Below, in pieces: positions 60,181 to 64,000 of a DNA stretch of 64,000 nt; within the stretch, counting starts at the first letter, position 1; the number at the start of each line of letters is the position of its first letter. This DNA is from Squalus acanthias (Eukaryota): NCBI GenBank assembly GCA_030390025.1, contig CM059431.1:131256001-131320000 (forward strand). The letters run 5' to 3'. The notes under the pieces were generated by a model. The model searched no databases, was not told where the DNA came from, and saw nothing but the letters and a program-made list of their open reading frames with translations. The position numbers were made by a program, and so were the translations under genes.

Positions 60181-63169
60181 ATCACTACTTTCTCGGACTT
60201 GTATTCTACTGATTTGGCTACATAGTTCAACATTCTATTGGCTAACTTGATTGCTACTGTCCATTAGTTGGACATGTTAAGTGTTGCATCTACTAAGACT
60301 TCTAGGTCTCCTTAAACTTCATTCTTAGCTATTTCAATACCATTCGTGGAGTACTTGTGATGCCCATTTTTTCTTCCTATGTACAGCACTTTACACTTAT
60401 CTGCATTAAATTTCATCTGGACTTGTTTTGCCCACTATGTATTTTATCCAACTCATTTTGTAATTCCTGGACTGCTTCCTCTGGCTTGTCTGCCTTTCCC
60501 AGTTTGGTATCATTTGCAAATTTGACTAATTTCTAAAGACAAGGGAGTTGATTTTAACTGCCTCCCTTAGCGGGGCAGTAGTGGCCTGAAAATGGCATTT
60601 GGTCACTTCCTGCTCTGTCTGTGCTGGTGCTTTAGCTGCTGATATCTTGGGTAGGGCACTGAGAAGGGTGGCTGGACCACCTGCCTGTTTCAGGTAAGAG
60701 GCTACTTGTTATGTGCAAATAGGGGTCCTATGATGTATATAGGGTCCTGATTGAAATTTTGAGGTACAAATCGACGGAAAGTGCACCCTTGACGCACTGC
60801 CATTGAACGGCTTATCCAATGGTCCTTAAAAGGGCCATTGGAGGCCACTCAAATAACAGCCAAAAGGCCATTTTAACTTTTATTTTTGTGGTTCCCGGAA
60901 GAGCAGGAATGCTTCCCCATACCTCACAAAAATACTGTGACCCTCTGCTGGATTGTCTGCAGCTCCCTCACTAAAAGTCACCCCCCACCCCCACTAAAAC
61001 CCCAGGCTCCAACTGCCAGCTGGCCAATTTCCCGCCCAACTGTCAAGTTATTTTGGGCCTCACGGTATCAATTGGTAGGCACACTCCACCCATTGTGCAT
61101 CTACATTTAAAACCAGCCCCAAGTAGTGGCCCCAAAACTAATCTCTGTGCCATCCTACTTAATAGCATCTCCACTCTGTTTTCTCTTCCTCACAATATGG
61201 CGTCGCTTCAGCAGGTAAGTCGTGATCTTTTTTTAAGAATTTGGTTCTACTGATATCGGAGTGAGATCAGAACCAGAAGCTTAAGTGGGATTGTATTTAT
61301 TGGTAAAGAGTGGAAATAGATTGAAGTGGAGTGGGGGAAAGAGACACTGGAGAAACCTAACCGCGTTATTGGAAATTTAAGGGGATGGAAATAGAGCGAA
61401 CAGAAGTTATTGCGCTAGAAATAGCATGGAGAAGATAGAAAAAAACAGGCCGGTATTGAAATGGTCTAGCACTTAATAGCAGCAAGTAATGCTTCAGTGA
61501 TCTCTTGTATTACAATCCTTACTGTATAATATTGTGATGCAAGTAAGCTGGTTGTCAGACGATGTTACATTGGGATAGTTTTGATATAATTAAACAAACT
61601 GACAAAACTTGTAAATGTGAAGTGCATGACTGGTCATAAAAATAATTTTACTGACTTAGTTTATTGCTTCAGCACGTTAAAAGACTCAGTAAAGATCTCT
61701 TCAGACCAGTTGATCTAGGGAATTGGTTTTCAGTGATACAAATTGGAATTTACAGCAAGGTTGGCATTAAAGAGACTCCCAGATAAAGCAGCTAATGTGT
61801 CAATTAACATCTTTAAACAGAGCTGAATGAATATCTGTGTTGGAATAGGATTAAGGTTTATAAGAATAAATACAGGTAGAGATAATTGAATGTGTGGAAA
61901 CGATGGTTTGTGAGCTGTTGGGATCATGAAAATGTCATTCCAAGGAAGGAAACTAGTTAAGAATGAATAATAGAAGTATATTATGGAGTTTGATTTGATT
62001 TATTTCTGGTTCAAGTGGGGAGAAACTTTACAGAAGCTTTTTTCAAGAAATTAGATGTGTTGGGTAGAGTGCGTGATAGAGTGATTGGACACTGTCTGTT
62101 TAAATGATCAGGAAATGGACATGGATAAATAAATGTAAATTTCAATTAAATAGTGATTCCTCCCACCTCTATTCAGTTTACTTTATCACTGCCAACTTCC
62201 ACCCAGTGAGATAATACATTGTTGTGTCAATGTGAAATGGATTCTTTACAAAAATGCACCAGATCCAGTGAGGATTTTTCTGGCCTGCTGTCTTCTTTGT
62301 TTGAGTGGTTGGAGTAAATAAGCAGCTTCACCAATTTAAAATGGTATTCGCAAACCCCACTTCATCAACAAACAGTGGACACATGCAGGCTTGGAAAGGT
62401 CTCCAAGGCCTTTCTCTTTGTCAGTCTTTTGTGGTTGAAAGCCTTTTAACTGTTTTAACAACTGAGGAACAGATGTTGTAATGTTTAATACAGTTTGTTA
62501 CTTAGGTGCTAAGTAGTGCTATGCACCTGCATTTTTGTTAATGACTAGAGGAAGCTGTCACAAAAAGCCCTGTTTAAAGAAAAGAAAATTGTATTGAGCT
62601 TCATTCGTGAAAATATGAAGTGATTTCGGTTTTTGCTGTTTAATATTTTGGTACTAAATGTATCTTGTTAGACATGGGGCCAACATTTTTGAATCTCAGT
62701 GGAAAAGTAGATGTGGGTAAATGGTGGAACATTGAAAGAAAGCATTAATAGATTAATTGGCACTGCTCTAAGATTTCCCTACCCATCAAAAACAAAAGTA
62801 AGAATGCTAGTGAAAACTTTTGAAAATAGAATTTAACTTGTTAAGGCCTTGTTAAAGGCAATTAATCAGGAAGGAGCTCATGCAACATTACATATTTGTT
62901 GTGTCACATTAGAAGATCAGTATTTAATCTCCAGTCAGACCTGATGAGTAGTATAAGGATGGCAAATAATTGAGCAGCAGGAGAGCAGTGAATACTAGAG
63001 GAGTTTTGAACAAGATTGGCCATGTATCAGCCAGGCATATTGAAGGAGAGAGGAAGCCCAGATGGCATACTCATGAATTGCAGTGGATTTACTACAGTAG
63101 AGTCAATCACCAAGGCAGGAAGATCAGTGCACGAGGAAGCTTGATCTTACTAGGGAGTTTGTATCAGCA

Positions 63170-63445
63170 CAAGAACAGCAGCAATTCAAAGAGAAGGCTC
63201 ACCACCACCTTCTCAGGGCAACTAGGATGGGCTATAAATGCGGCTTTGCCAGCATTGTCCACATCCCGAGAACAAAAACCTACAAATACACTTAACCATA
63301 ACAAATACAGTTGGGAGTACCTTCACCACACAGATTGCAGCGGTTCAAGAGGTAGCTCACCACCGCCCTCTCAAGGGCAGTTAGGGATGGGCAATAAATG
63401 CTGGCCTTGCCGGCGACACTGACATCCCATTAATGAATAAAAAAA
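63170..63445 (+). mobile_element. Two tandem LINE 3' tail fragments
   Basis: gctcaccacc...agggca..tagg.atgg...taaatgc occurs twice and matches 1060-1120. Confidence 0.75.
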
Positions 63446-63744
63446 CCAATTGTACCACACTACCAGTGATGGTGAAGATTGCCACGGCCCTCAATATACT
63501 TGTCACATGGGCCTTCCGGGCACCAGCAGTGGACATCTCAGGATGCCATTTTGCTGCATCAACCTCTGGTAGTGAGGGAGCTGAAAGCCTATAATGTCAC
63601 GCACCCATACCTTTCAGCAGTAATTAGAAGCAGAGAAGCCAGGGTGCTACGTGTTTGAGGAAATCATTGTCCAGTTCTTCCAGTGAGCACATATGTACAA
63701 GCACAGACTGCCATTTGCATTCCTTGTTCAGTTTCCCCAAACAT

Positions 63745-64000
63745 TGGCCCCGATAGTTGTGGAAAGGGAACGGGGTCTGTGGGGTGGGTTGTAGGGGGCG
63801 GGAAACCTGGAAATGCAGGTAGAGCGGAGGTCCTGCCGAATTTAATGGCAGGACCTCACTTGAATTTTTTTTCTCCATTTCCCGGTCAGTAGCCAGCCAG
63901 ATCGAGAGACTGCCTGGCTGTCGGGCGAGAAGGCCTGTGCTGGAAGGTTGCAGTGGTGAGAGGAGGACGGGGGAGATTGGGGGGGAGGGAGGTGTTGAAC
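63745..64000. mobile_element. MITE end, running off the window, homologous to about 26620-26878 (inverted)
   Basis: ggaggtcctgccgaatttaatggcaggacct vs aggtcctgccattaaattcagcaggacctcc at 26776-26806. Confidence 0.7.

Overview
Repeat-rich eukaryotic DNA. The CR1, L2, Deu-type SINE, Penelope and Harbinger content is typical of a cartilaginous fish such as a shark (inference). The only host gene recognised is glypican-6: its first coding exon (48035-48194, +) is followed by intron 1, which runs past the window end. Most of the rest is nested mobile DNA: one near-intact CR1 LINE (5525-9889, -), several decayed CR1 copies, a full-length two-gene PIF/Harbinger transposon (11780-17218), many Harbinger-type MITEs with 3-bp TSDs, Penelope pieces with minimal hammerhead ribozyme motifs, two related long solo-LTR-like inserts, SINEs and a GATCTCTCCC-type minisatellite. 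The most notable observations are: (1) a U_UUA_AAC slippery heptamer directly before the CR1 ORF1 stop, with an ATG-less ORF2 in the -1 frame, and the same geometry in a second CR1; (2) an orphan kinesin-13 motor fragment; (3) two diverged LTRs sharing a covarying B-box-like hairpin; (4) a perfect 80-bp Penelope palindrome with an intact hammerhead core; (5) a chance Myb/SANT-RT fusion ORF. All coordinates were read by eye and element ends without a TSD are approximate.
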